Assembly: GCA_043753995.1 (NCBI GenBank)
Contig: JAYUVP010000340.1
Coordinates: forward strand, 1 to 27,472
From: Fibrobacterota bacterium
GTDB taxonomy: Bacteria > Fibrobacterota > Fibrobacteria > UBA11236
Reading direction: 5' to 3'
Length of the DNA: 27,472 nucleotides
Below, in pieces: positions 8,790-18,316 of this stretch. A model generated the notes under the pieces. The model was not told where the DNA came from, searched no databases, and saw only the letters and a program-made list of their open reading frames with translations. The position numbers were made by a program, and so were the translations under genes. The first letter of the stretch is position 1. Every line of letters starts with the position of its first letter.

Positions 8790-9084
8790 GGACGCATCGA
8801 TCCTTATCTCGAGTTTTGGTAAACGCCCAGGTAAAGTCTTTTACTGTTTACCAGGATATGATACCCCCTCTTTCAGTTTACTGAAATCAGGTAAACCTTC
8901 TTTGATTAATTGTGTTATTTCGGCGAGACATTTTAGCCGAATAGATGTTCCAACAATTTTTCAGCACTTATTATGAACGCAATCCCACCCTACCGACACT
9001 ACTACATGGCCAAGGGGTTTTGGGGACGGGTTTTCCGGTTGAAATCGGTTCACAGCACCGGAGTAGGCGAGGGGTAAGGCTTCC

Positions 9085-12000
9085 ATGTTTTTAGAAAATC
9101 GAAAAAGAAAAAGCGTTTACGTAAAACTCCTTTTTGCCATGCTTTTGGTCCTGGGCTTCGCCTCCAGCCCGGTTCAAGCCCAGCAAACGCCAAGTCCCTT
9201 AACTGGCAAGATCGTTCACGTTTACAACCCCTTCGGTCAAATGCTTCCCAAGATCAACCTATCGGGAGGGGCAAATACCATGACGGCCGAGTCCGGCAAT
9301 TGGTATCGCTATGAATTCACCAACCTTCAAGATTGGATGAAGGATTTTGGCATTCGCACCGACAATTATTCGCAATGGCTCACACCGGCTGGCTTAAGCA
9401 CCCAAGAGGCTGTCTGGAGTGTCGCGATTTTCGGAACTTTAAATGAGGTTTGGATTGTTGTCGATCCCGCCGGCCCAACGACCGCTGCGCCTCTCATCCT
9501 CACCTCCGCCCCACGCACCGTTTATTTCTTCAATCCCTGGCCCGTCACAGGCGCGGACTTCATGCTCAATGGCAACAAGCGCGCCTTGCTTTCCGACAAA
9601 GCCCATTGCGGTTGGAATGTCGTTCAAATCCTGGCTGCGGGGCCAGCCACCGGCTACTTCGTCAATTCTGCCGATGGTGAAACCTATGGCAAGAACGGCT
9701 TGAAAGATCCAACGCCCATAGACTTCACAGCCTTGTTCACGACCTATGGCCCCAGTATTTGGGTAGGCGGCGGCACACAGAGAATTTCTGCAACCTTTCC
9801 TGGCGACTTGGGTTCTTGCACCTATTTGATGGCGACGACCGTGCACGATATGGCGGATACCCATCCCGATATTAGCCAAGTCTGGGAAACTCCCGGAATG
9901 GTGGAAGCGGTACTGGGACCAGATCGCAAACCAATTTCGACCTCCCTGGCGCCCGCCAATTTCAAAACCTGGTTCAATTCCAACCCGAATGCGGCTATGC
10001 CACTCAAAGGAGCGGAGACTTGTCTTGACCTGGAAATGGGTAAAAGCGATGATGGATTATGGGAATATGATAATACCGTGTTCTTTCCTATTGATCATTG
10101 GAATGTCCTGGACAAGACTTCCAGTTGTGAGAATCCCATCACGGACCCATCATCCATTCACAATTACGGGTTTTGCCTAGAGTCACATGCGAACTTTATT
10201 TACAAAAAAGGTCAGGTCTTCGATTTCCGAGGCGACGATGATGTGTGGGTTTTCATCAATAACAAGCTCGCCTTGGATTTAGGCGGAATACATGACAAAA
10301 AGGATGGCAGCATCAATCTTGACAAATTGGGCCTAGTGGAAGGGCAAACCTATCCCTGGGACTTTTTCTTTTGCGAACGCAATAAATGCGGATCGTCCTT
10401 GCGCATCAAGACCACCATCTATTTCAACCAGCAAAGAGCCTTGGATTATGCCGCCGAAAAGCAACCCGACGGCAGCACGAAATACCGTGTTATCAAGCGC
10501 ATCGGCGGAACAGGGTCCTGCGGAAGTTCAGGTGATTCCATCAAGGAGGTTCCTCCCGGTCCTTTGAACTTTATTCTCTATCGTGTCGGCGGCGATTCGA
10601 TTCAAACCTTGCCTCCGGGCCTTTCCTTTGGCGGAATCACGGTGAGCGGTGGCGGCGTGGTGGTGGACACCGCCAAGGTCAGCGGCCTGGCTTCGGGCAA
10701 TTACAAAGTCGTCTTCTTTGAAACTTCGAATCCCAACCTGCGTGGCGAGTTTCGCTTTACGATTTCAGCTCGGAATACCGTGGTCTTCCGGGAACCGCTG
10801 AAACAAACCGCCGTAGTTGGAAATGCTATTCGCGTCATTGCCGGTAATTATTACCAAGGATCGGGCAAGGATTCCTTGGTGGAGGGCATCACTTCCTGGT
10901 CGCCGGACTTTCGCGCGGGCCTTTCCGTTTATGCCGATTCCGCACGTAGCACGCGCATTACCTCCGGCGCGACTCTCTCGACCGAGCCCACGGGTTTGGA
11001 CACGCTTTGGGTCTTTGGCGATGCCGCAGCCTTGACCGATCTCACCGACACCCTCTCCCTTCGCGGATCGAATCGAAGCGTGGTCACCTTTACCCTGCCC
11101 CCCTTGGATTTACCCAAGGCCGTATCGGCCGGGGTCTTTGACCTGGATGGTGACGGCCATGCGGATCGGATCCAGGTGATTTATGACCGGGACATTACGG
11201 GCAAATTGCCGGTTTCCATTTCTTATCACTGGCCCACCTCCGCGACACCGATCGACATCACCCCTTTGACCACACATTTGCTGGGCCGCGACACTCTGGT
11301 CTTCAGCCTCACGCCCTCAACGGCCATACTGACCGAAGGCGCAGGCACTTTTAAATCGACCTATAAAGCCCGCGCCAAGGACTCCACCCAGGTCTTGGCC
11401 ATCACGGATCGCATCGCCCCTATCTTGGTCGAAGCCACCACCCATTCCAATACCATAACTAGCACCGACACCTTGCGCCTCGTCTTCAGTGAACCGCTGG
11501 CCTCCACTTCTCGTTCAGCACCGGCGCAGCAATTGTTCTCCTATAAAATGGGGGATTCCGGCACGGCCATTTCCATTGCCCCATCGCAAACCCTTTGGGC
11601 TGCTGATGGTCTTTCGGTGCAATTGATTTTCGCAACGAATGCCAGCCCCAAACCCAAGGCCGGTGATTCGGTCAGGTTGAATGGCGGCTCCGGTTTGGTT
11701 GCCGATGCCTTGGGCAATGCGCCTAGCCCTGAGTCCCGCTTCAGGATCATACTCGGAGAAAAGCATTTCGGCATTCAAACCATCACCTACCACACCTTCT
11801 CGTCCAATCCCAATTTGCAAGCCGGGACCGATTTTGTTCCGTCACTCGAAGGCAGTGGCTCAAGCATTCAAGACGCCATCACCAAGACAGGAAGGCCCGG
11901 CGTTTTAATCGAAGCCGATATGGCCGACTTTGCCTCCGGCGACGGATTCAATCCTCCACCGCTGGCATCGGTGAAGATGGAATATGACCTTGCCATTTTC

Positions 12001-12246
12001 ACCAACCTCGGCGTCTATGTCACTTCCGATAAACGCACCCTGGGCTGCGACGACAAAGTGTTTGGAAACGACTGCCGCTCGCACCGGGGCCGTCTCTTCG
12101 TGGGCTGGAACTATTCAGCAAAAAACGGGGAAAAGGTGGTGACCGGCGCCTATGTCATGCTCTTTAACTATCGAATCGTTTCCCAAGGCAAGGTTATCGC
12201 TTCCAATAACAAGCGCCAAATTTGGGGCCTACTTCGTTTGGATTGA
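9085..12246 (+). CDS. Fibro-slime (PA14-related) domain surface protein
   Basis: HNYGFCLESHANFIYKKGQVFDFRGDDDVWVFINNKLALDLGGIH..DFFFCER..GSSLRIKT is the fibro-slime signature; signal peptide; Ig-like repeats (DLDGDGHADRI, DRIAP..DTLRLVFSEPL); C-terminus IFTNLG..WN..NGEKVVTGAYV..WGLLR. Confidence 0.93.
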   Translation: MFLENRKRKSVYVKLLFAMLLVLGFASSPVQAQQTPSPLTGKIVHVYNPFGQMLPKINLSGGANTMTAESGNWYRYEFTNLQDWMKDFGIRTDNYSQWLTPAGLSTQEAVWSVAIFGTLNEVWIVVDPAGPTTAAPLILTSAPRTVYFFNPWPVTGADFMLNGNKRALLSDKAHCGWNVVQILAAGPATGYFVNSADGETYGKNGLKDPTPIDFTALFTTYGPSIWVGGGTQRISATFPGDLGSCTYLMATTVHDMADTHPDISQVWETPGMVEAVLGPDRKPISTSLAPANFKTWFNSNPNAAMPLKGAETCLDLEMGKSDDGLWEYDNTVFFPIDHWNVLDKTSSCENPITDPSSIHNYGFCLESHANFIYKKGQVFDFRGDDDVWVFINNKLALDLGGIHDKKDGSINLDKLGLVEGQTYPWDFFFCERNKCGSSLRIKTTIYFNQQRALDYAAEKQPDGSTKYRVIKRIGGTGSCGSSGDSIKEVPPGPLNFILYRVGGDSIQTLPPGLSFGGITVSGGGVVVDTAKVSGLASGNYKVVFFETSNPNLRGEFRFTISARNTVVFREPLKQTAVVGNAIRVIAGNYYQGSGKDSLVEGITSWSPDFRAGLSVYADSARSTRITSGATLSTEPTGLDTLWVFGDAAALTDLTDTLSLRGSNRSVVTFTLPPLDLPKAVSAGVFDLDGDGHADRIQVIYDRDITGKLPVSISYHWPTSATPIDITPLTTHLLGRDTLVFSLTPSTAILTEGAGTFKSTYKARAKDSTQVLAITDRIAPILVEATTHSNTITSTDTLRLVFSEPLASTSRSAPAQQLFSYKMGDSGTAISIAPSQTLWAADGLSVQLIFATNASPKPKAGDSVRLNGGSGLVADALGNAPSPESRFRIILGEKHFGIQTITYHTFSSNPNLQAGTDFVPSLEGSGSSIQDAITKTGRPGVLIEADMADFASGDGFNPPPLASVKMEYDLAIFTNLGVYVTSDKRTLGCDDKVFGNDCRSHRGRLFVGWNYSAKNGEKVVTGAYVMLFNYRIVSQGKVIASNNKRQIWGLLRLD

Positions 12247-12271
12247 AGTGTCCTAGGCTGTAACGAATTGA

Positions 12272-12291
12272 GCTGCGATTTATTTCGCAGC
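12272..12291 (+). terminator. Possible terminator hairpin after the fibro-slime gene
   Basis: GCTGCGA-tttatt-TCGCAGC perfect 7-bp stem about 25 nt after the stop; no clear U-tract. Confidence 0.35.
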
Positions 12292-12460
12292 GATACATGT
12301 TGAAACAATGATGTGTTGAATTGCTAAACACTCCATGCTTTTATGGCCTATTTCTACTTGTTTGAAATTTGGTACCTTCTACTACCGCTGTTCCCTAAAT
12401 ACGTTCTTATAACCTCACTCCATCTCCTGACGGATTCCCCCCGTCGTAAAGGATTGTTCC

Positions 12461-13654
12461 ATGAATTTTAATCGAGCCCTACCCGCTCTCGCTTTTGCTT
12501 GGGCTTTGCCCACTGCCATCTCGGCTTCCGTCGATATTCAAGTTTTAAGCGCCACCATCAAGGACAAAGCGGTTCCTGGTGTCGAAGTCATCCTTCAAAA
12601 GGAAGGGCAAGCCTCGATTAAGGCCAAAACCAATGCCCAAGGCAAGGTCACCTTGCCCTCGACCTTTGAATCAGACGATCAAAACGTGACCATGATTGCG
12701 AAAAAGGCTGGTTTTTCGCCCCTCATCACAAAATGCCCTTGCGACAAAATGACCTATGCCATCAGTGAAACCATGACCCAACTGGATGGTTTGCGCGTGG
12801 TCTTGAGCTGGGGCTCCGAACCCGCCGACCTCGATTTGCATGCAGTCTATCCAGGCAACAATGTCTATTTCGGCCATAAGGAAGGCGACGGCGCCTTTCT
12901 CGATGTCGATGATACCGATGCTTATGGACCCGAAACCGTGACCTTGAAAGAAAAGTTCACCGGCCAGAAATATGTTTTCGCCATCCACACCTATTCCGGT
13001 GCCGAGATGGATGCGCTGGCCACCAGCCGGGCCAAGGTCTTTGTCTATATCGGACAAACCCTGGTGCGATCCTTTTATGTGCCCGAAGATCAACAAGGCT
13101 CCTTGTGGGTGGTCTTCGGCATTGACGGTCTTGGCGCCTTCCACGACATCAACAAAATGGTCGATGTCGGAAATAGCTCTGAAGGTTCGGATAAAGCCGC
13201 CGACGTGATGAATGGGTATATCGAGCGTGATGATTTTGGACCGGGGGCCGTAGTCAATGCGCAATCGGATCTCTCCGCGAAGGACTACAACAAACGCGGC
13301 GAAAAGGCCTACCACGCAGGCGACATTCAAGGCTCCATCGATTTGTATCGACGCGCCATCGATCTCAATCCGAATTTCAGCCAAGCTTATAGCAATATGG
13401 GCCTTTCCTATATGAAGCTCAATCAGCGCGCCGAGGTCATTTGGGCAAGCCGTAAAGCCATCGACTTAGCCAGTGGACCCAATGCCGCCACGGTACGCGC
13501 CAGTTCGTTTTTCAATATCGCCAAACAATACGAGTCAGAATCACTTTGGAAAGAAGCTAAGGCGAATTACACCAAGGCTCTCGAAAACAAATCGAATCCC
13601 GTCTATACCAAGGCCATCGAACGCATGAATCAGAAAATAGCTGGAAAAAACTGA
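12461..13654 (+). CDS. Secreted YfaP/DUF2135-like domain plus TPR protein
   Basis: Signal peptide; LRVVLSWGSEPADLDLH and FLDVDDTDAYGPETVT (YfaP-like); C-terminal TPRs (YNKRGEKAY..YRRAIDLNPNFSQAYSNMGLSY). AAAGGA upstream of ATG. Confidence 0.85.
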   Translation: MNFNRALPALAFAWALPTAISASVDIQVLSATIKDKAVPGVEVILQKEGQASIKAKTNAQGKVTLPSTFESDDQNVTMIAKKAGFSPLITKCPCDKMTYAISETMTQLDGLRVVLSWGSEPADLDLHAVYPGNNVYFGHKEGDGAFLDVDDTDAYGPETVTLKEKFTGQKYVFAIHTYSGAEMDALATSRAKVFVYIGQTLVRSFYVPEDQQGSLWVVFGIDGLGAFHDINKMVDVGNSSEGSDKAADVMNGYIERDDFGPGAVVNAQSDLSAKDYNKRGEKAYHAGDIQGSIDLYRRAIDLNPNFSQAYSNMGLSYMKLNQRAEVIWASRKAIDLASGPNAATVRASSFFNIAKQYESESLWKEAKANYTKALENKSNPVYTKAIERMNQKIAGKN

Positions 13655-13664
13655 GGTCAAACGG

Positions 13665-14855
13665 ATGCCGAAATCACTGCTTAGAATGGCTTCCCCCCTA
13701 CGACGCATCTTGGGACTCGGGGCTCTTGTCTTTTTGCCTTTCGCCCAAAAGGTTTGCGCTGCGGGCCCAGCCGAAGTCGCCACCCTGAGCCGTTCCCTGT
13801 GGCCCGTCGCCTTTCAGTCGCCGGAAGAATTCGATATGGCTTCGCGCATCGCCCTGCTGGCCTGTGGGCGCGCGCTTGCCGTTGTCGACACCACGCCATT
13901 GGCCAACTTGAAGCAGCGTTTCGGCATCAAATCTTTTGACAGCGCATCGTTTACGAAATGGCGCCAAGCCACGTGGGAGCGTTTGCGCTTCAACTTCAAT
14001 CTCGCTTCGAAAAATGCGCCCCGGGCAGAAAACAAGGTCGGCTATTTCGGTGAATCATTGGATGCGTCTAGCTTTAAGCAGGCCACGGTATCCTTTGAAG
14101 AAAAGCTCCCTGCTGCCTGGCGGCCAACGGTTGCAGCCATGCAAAAATTCGCTACCACCTATTTACAGGAACAAGGTCGGCTCGCCGCTCTTTTCCCCAA
14201 GGTGTCGAGTGAAATTTCGGTTTTCGACTCCAGTGAAATTCAGGGATATACCGAAACGGATAGGCATTTCCTGCTCACCTTTGACGATGGCCCCACTCCC
14301 AAGGGCGGCCATACCGATTCGCTCATAGCGGTTTTGCGGGCACGCAAGCTCAATGGCATTTTTTTCGTATTGGGCGAACGCTTCGCACCGCGCACGCGCA
14401 GCCAAGGGGCGCAAGAAATCAAATCCCTCTTCGCGGGCATGCCCGTGGAAGTGCATGGCCAAACCCATGTCTCCCATGCCAAACTCCCTGCCTGGAAAGA
14501 ACAAGTATTGGGCGTGAACACCTTGATCGATTCGGTGATGGGTCGCGACACAACGAGAGCCTTTTTGTTTCGCCCGCCCTATGGCCAACGCGTTGAAACG
14601 GCAGCCCAACAATTGGCCGCGCACCGTGCCCGTATCATGCTTTGGAATATCGACTCCCAAGACTGGAATAATAAGGTGAGCGGCGAAGATGCGGCCAACC
14701 GTTGCTTAGCCCTGATGTTATTGTGGCGGCGCGGCATTTTGCTTTTTCATGACATTCATCCCAAAGCCCAAGTCGCCGTACCCCTTTTGCATACCTGGCT
14801 CAAAGACGCGGGCGTCTTGTGGCTGGATGCGGAGGCACAAGCAAAGAACCATTAA
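13665..14855 (+). CDS. Polysaccharide deacetylase (CE4/NodB) with N-terminal extension
   Basis: All five CE4 motifs are present: TFDDGP, HGQTH, FRPPYG, DSQDW, LFHD; signal peptide; starts 10 nt after the TPR gene. Confidence 0.93.
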   Translation: MPKSLLRMASPLRRILGLGALVFLPFAQKVCAAGPAEVATLSRSLWPVAFQSPEEFDMASRIALLACGRALAVVDTTPLANLKQRFGIKSFDSASFTKWRQATWERLRFNFNLASKNAPRAENKVGYFGESLDASSFKQATVSFEEKLPAAWRPTVAAMQKFATTYLQEQGRLAALFPKVSSEISVFDSSEIQGYTETDRHFLLTFDDGPTPKGGHTDSLIAVLRARKLNGIFFVLGERFAPRTRSQGAQEIKSLFAGMPVEVHGQTHVSHAKLPAWKEQVLGVNTLIDSVMGRDTTRAFLFRPPYGQRVETAAQQLAAHRARIMLWNIDSQDWNNKVSGEDAANRCLALMLLWRRGILLFHDIHPKAQVAVPLLHTWLKDAGVLWLDAEAQAKNH

Positions 14856-14896
14856 AGTGGCATACCCTACCATGGCCAATGTCCAATCGGCAAGTA

Positions 14897-14965
14897 CGGG
14901 GGTGGCTCCGCCTCCCCCCACCTCGGCCCGCCTCTTTCCTTGGCATGGTCGGCCTCGGCGCCCCC
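14897..14965 (+). repeat. GC-rich REP-like extragenic repeat, copy 2
   Basis: CGGGGG..CCCCCC-A-CCTCGGCCCGCCT..GTCGGCCTCGGCGCCCCC, about 40 nt after the deacetylase stop. Confidence 0.8.
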
Positions 14966-14973
14966 TCCGGCAC

Positions 14974-15837
14974 ATGGTCATGTTTCTAGATGTTATTCAT
15001 ATCACGTTAATATTATTATCGACCGCTTTCATTATCGCCTGCGGCACCGATGCCGCGAACAACGTCGGCGTCCATCCCGATCCTAAAGGTGTGGATACTG
15101 CGCGCACCGATACCTCGGGCGCCTGCAAAGTCCTACCCTGCGACGCATCGTCTCCCACCGTCCCCGTCGTTACCGCCTCAGGCGGCTCGGGCGATGTAAC
15201 CACCTATGGCGGAGTGGGCAATGCCACCCCAAGCTCGGGCGGCGCCTGCAACTATGGTATTACCGGCATCACCCATTATGCCGCTATACAGGTGAACCAA
15301 ATGCCCGGCGACTTGCGCGGGCAATGGCAGGAGGGACGTGCCTGCGGTCAATGCGTGCGCATCCGCGCCCGCACCTCATCCGGCTGGAAAACCACGGTGG
15401 CCCGCATTGTCGACAAATGTCCCGATGCGAATTGCGGCATCGATCTTGGCGGGGCCCCCGCCACCGAGATCATGGGCACGCAACCCGGGCGTTATTCCGG
15501 CGAGTGGAGCTTCGTCCCTTGCCAGGGCCTCAGCGGTGTTACGGAGGGTCCCAAGGCACTGTGGGTGAAGGATGGCAGCAATGCCTATTGGTCCCTGGTT
15601 CAGGTGCGCAATGCACCCTCGGGCGTCGATTCCATTTTGGCTCGAATCCCCGATGGGCCATGGACTCCTTTTACCTGGGCCACTGAAGCTGAGAATTTCT
15701 TCAAGGTTCCGGCGAATCTTCTCCAAGCTCCAGGGAAAATCGAAATACGCATCGTGTATCGCATGGCAGGTCCGGACACTTTGCAATTGGAAGCGTCTAG
15801 CCTCGCCATTGCGGGGGCAAACTATAAGTTAGAGTGA
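14974..15837 (+). CDS. Bacterial expansin-like (EXLX family) lipoprotein
   Basis: Lipobox FIIA-C; DPBB domain T.Y..GGACNYG, CGQCVRI, IVDKCPD..CGIDL; CBM63-like domain KDGSNAYWSLVQVRN..ENFF. Start uncertain (14974/14980; the upstream in-frame extension crosses the repeat). Confidence 0.88.
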   Translation: MVMFLDVIHITLILLSTAFIIACGTDAANNVGVHPDPKGVDTARTDTSGACKVLPCDASSPTVPVVTASGGSGDVTTYGGVGNATPSSGGACNYGITGITHYAAIQVNQMPGDLRGQWQEGRACGQCVRIRARTSSGWKTTVARIVDKCPDANCGIDLGGAPATEIMGTQPGRYSGEWSFVPCQGLSGVTEGPKALWVKDGSNAYWSLVQVRNAPSGVDSILARIPDGPWTPFTWATEAENFFKVPANLLQAPGKIEIRIVYRMAGPDTLQLEASSLAIAGANYKLE

Positions 15838-15885
15838 CGATATTCGCTGCGAATGCCTTTGAGCTGGTGCCTATAATTTTCGCAT

Positions 15886-16833
15886 TCAGGCCATAGCCTT
15901 AAGCCCATCTTCATATCTGCGCGGTTTGATGCTGAAGGCTCGCTGCATTTTGCTGGAGTCGAAGATATAGTCACGGTCATTCTGATACATCATCTCGCGT
16001 GATTCACGTATATCCGCCACGAAAATGCCCATGACGGTCAGGAGCCAATCCTGAAGCACCATGGGTTTCACTTGCTTCTGCAAATTCAAAGCCTTCGCAG
16101 ACAAGGCGATGAAGTCGGATACCGTAATTTCGGGAGCGGTAGGTAAATGCCAAACCTGCCCATAAGCCGCATCTTTTTGAGCGAGTAGGCAAAGCCCTTC
16201 GGCGGCATCCCCGGTATGGGTGAAACAATGCAATCGATCGAGGCGCAAAAACCAAATCGGCGCTTGCCCTTTTTTCATGCGCTCTAAAATGAGCATATTC
16301 GCCGCGCTGGTTTTGTCGCTCTTGGGACCATAGAAGTCAGCCGATCGGGCAATTAGCCCCGTGATCTCACCCTTGCGCATCAAGGATTCTAGCCTCTCAG
16401 CAATGCGCGCCCGCACCTCGCCCTTGCGGCTGCACGGATGATGCGGTGTCGACTCCGTCATGCGGCCATCGACCTTTCCATACAGATACACATTGTCGAA
16501 AAATACCAGGCGTGCCTTGCGCTTCACGCATGCGGCGATGGCATTTTCCATAATCACCGGCCACTGCGCCTGCCAGGTCTGCCAGCGATAAGCTATACCC
16601 GCGCAGAGATAGACCGTATCGCCCGCACCAATAGCCGCTTCGACATCCGACGCCACCGTAATATCACCCCGAAGCGAAACAGCGGCCCAGCCAGGTTTAC
16701 CGGACGAAGTATTGGGCAAAGAGTAGGGCTGCGCCCGTCTTGACACCCGCACCACTTCGGCGCCCTGGCTCAACAATTGATCCGTTGCTAAGTCGCCTAT
16801 GGCGCCACCGGCGCCAAGAATCACATGCCTCAT
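15886..16833 (-). CDS. NAD-dependent epimerase/dehydratase family (atypical SDR)
   Basis: VILGAGGAIG Rossmann motif, FFDNVYLYG, PCSRKGEVRA, ARSADFYGP, YGQVWHLPT, FDSSK. Confidence 0.92.
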   Translation of the reverse strand: MRHVILGAGGAIGDLATDQLLSQGAEVVRVSRRAQPYSLPNTSSGKPGWAAVSLRGDITVASDVEAAIGAGDTVYLCAGIAYRWQTWQAQWPVIMENAIAACVKRKARLVFFDNVYLYGKVDGRMTESTPHHPCSRKGEVRARIAERLESLMRKGEITGLIARSADFYGPKSDKTSAANMLILERMKKGQAPIWFLRLDRLHCFTHTGDAAEGLCLLAQKDAAYGQVWHLPTAPEITVSDFIALSAKALNLQKQVKPMVLQDWLLTVMGIFVADIRESREMMYQNDRDYIFDSSKMQRAFSIKPRRYEDGLKAMA

Positions 16834-16991
16834 TTGCCACTCCCGAAGATTAGGTCACGATGACGGATTGTCGTCCAGTAAAGTTGAATCTAGCGACTAA
16901 AATCCAGTATCCTTCAGACACCTACAGAATCATCCCACCGTCCAGCTCTAGGCTTTGCGCTCCAAATCGGTCCGGATTAACTTTTCTCGGC

Positions 16992-17285
16992 ATGAACAGC
17001 TTCCAGCTCGAAGACACCGTATACCCATATCCCGGCCCGGCCGGTTGGTTTTTCGTTCGCCTGGGAGACTCTGAATCGCGCTTTTTGAAAGCCATGCCCG
17101 ATTTGCCCAAGGTGGCTTGGGGTTACGTCCGTGTGACGGCGAAAATCGGCAAAACGACTTGGAAGACCACCCTTTTTCCTTCGAAGGAAGGCCCTTATCT
17201 TTTGGCCATCAAGGCCGAAGTGCGTAAGAAAGAGAAAGTCAAAGTAGGCGACCGCATCCAGGTTCAAGTGACCCTGGATGCGTGA
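16992..17285 (+). CDS. DUF1905 domain protein
   Basis: YPGPAGWFFV, WGYVRVTAKIGKTTWKTTLFPSKEGPYLLAIKAEVRKKE..GD.I.V. Start placed at ATG 16992. Confidence 0.85.
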   Translation: MNSFQLEDTVYPYPGPAGWFFVRLGDSESRFLKAMPDLPKVAWGYVRVTAKIGKTTWKTTLFPSKEGPYLLAIKAEVRKKEKVKVGDRIQVQVTLDA

Positions 17286-17293
17286 AGGCTTAC

Positions 17294-18058
17294 TCAGTGT
17301 CCGTGATGACGGCCGGCCGCATCGATTCCATGCGGAACTGATTTGTCGGAGGTGGCCTCGGTTGCGGAATGGCTCACCTGCCATTTGTCGCAAGTGAAAT
17401 CATCGAATACGGTTTTGTTGGCAACCGCATCATTGTGGCTGAGGCTCACCAGGGCCAATTGCGAACGGGGGCCGGTCCCTTGGGTGGTGAAATCCTTGGC
17501 GATGACGATCCAAGGAGCATTGGCCTGGTTTTTATACCAAGCCGAGAACTTCTTGCCTTTACGCGCCAAGCGTATCCATACCGGGTAGCCGGAAATGCCC
17601 GCATTGATATGCGAATCTAAGGTGCCTACGGTACCAGTAGAATCGTAAAAGGCATTGTAATTATTTGCCGGCGTCACATCGACCGCGACATAGCCGCCCT
17701 TGGACAAGTCGTTCACGTCATTGGCGGCTAGAATGCCGGCTTGGGCCCACGGATGAGTACTATCCTGGGACTCGATCTTCACGGAGACGTCGAAATTTCC
17801 CGCCTCCGGAGCCAGGGCTACGCCCACGAATTCATTCACGCTTCCATACACATCGCTGCCCTTGCCAGTCAATGCCAGCTTGCCGCCGGAGACCACCGCC
17901 GATCCGCCCGGCTCACCGTCCTTGTCAAGAAAGGTCCAGGCGGAGCTGAGAGACGCGCCGTTGAAATCATCGCCGCATTTGCAAGGCGACGCGGAATAGA
18001 CCGCTAGAGGTGCCGAAACCAAAGCGGCCAGGAATAGGTTGTAGCCAGTGTTTTGCAT
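17294..18058 (-). CDS. Secreted concanavalin-A-like beta-sandwich protein (DUF1349-like)
   Basis: GGAGG before ATG 18058; signal peptide; DDFNGASLSSAW, G.D.YG..NEF, GNFDVSVKI, WAQAGIL, PVWIRLARKG..FSAWY..W, L.SHN..FDDF. Confidence 0.75.
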   Translation of the reverse strand: MQNTGYNLFLAALVSAPLAVYSASPCKCGDDFNGASLSSAWTFLDKDGEPGGSAVVSGGKLALTGKGSDVYGSVNEFVGVALAPEAGNFDVSVKIESQDSTHPWAQAGILAANDVNDLSKGGYVAVDVTPANNYNAFYDSTGTVGTLDSHINAGISGYPVWIRLARKGKKFSAWYKNQANAPWIVIAKDFTTQGTGPRSQLALVSLSHNDAVANKTVFDDFTCDKWQVSHSATEATSDKSVPHGIDAAGRHHGH

Positions 18059-18266
18059 GTGACCTCCGTAATAGTGAATTCGGAAAGATATATCACGTCG
18101 TGATGCATAGCAGGAATACTCCTGTTTCAATTCGAATTGCCCTTGGCGGCCTAATTAATTTAGATGACTATTGTTACGGATGAAACCTTTGGAATCTAAG
18201 GTTTTGTCGGTTGTCGTCAATTTCGATCAGTATTGCGTTAGCGACAAGGACGCTGAGGCAAGCTGG

Positions 18267-18286
18267 TCCCTGCCTTTCGGCAGGGA
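18267..18286 (-). terminator. Hairpin downstream of the gasdermin-like gene
   Basis: Minus strand TCCCTGCC-GAAA-GGCAGGGA: perfect 8-bp stem with a GNRA loop, 30 nt after the stop; no U-tract. Confidence 0.5.
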
Positions 18287-18316
18287 GCATAGTTTAGGGG
18301 AAGAAGCCTATTTCGC

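Noticed and set aside
12671..13384. 237-aa antisense ORF over the YfaP-TPR gene
   Set aside because: Shadow ORF with no motifs.
14749..14973. N-terminal extension of the expansin ORF
   Set aside because: It overlaps the deacetylase 3' end and reads through repeat copy 2; the lipoprotein signal begins near 14974.
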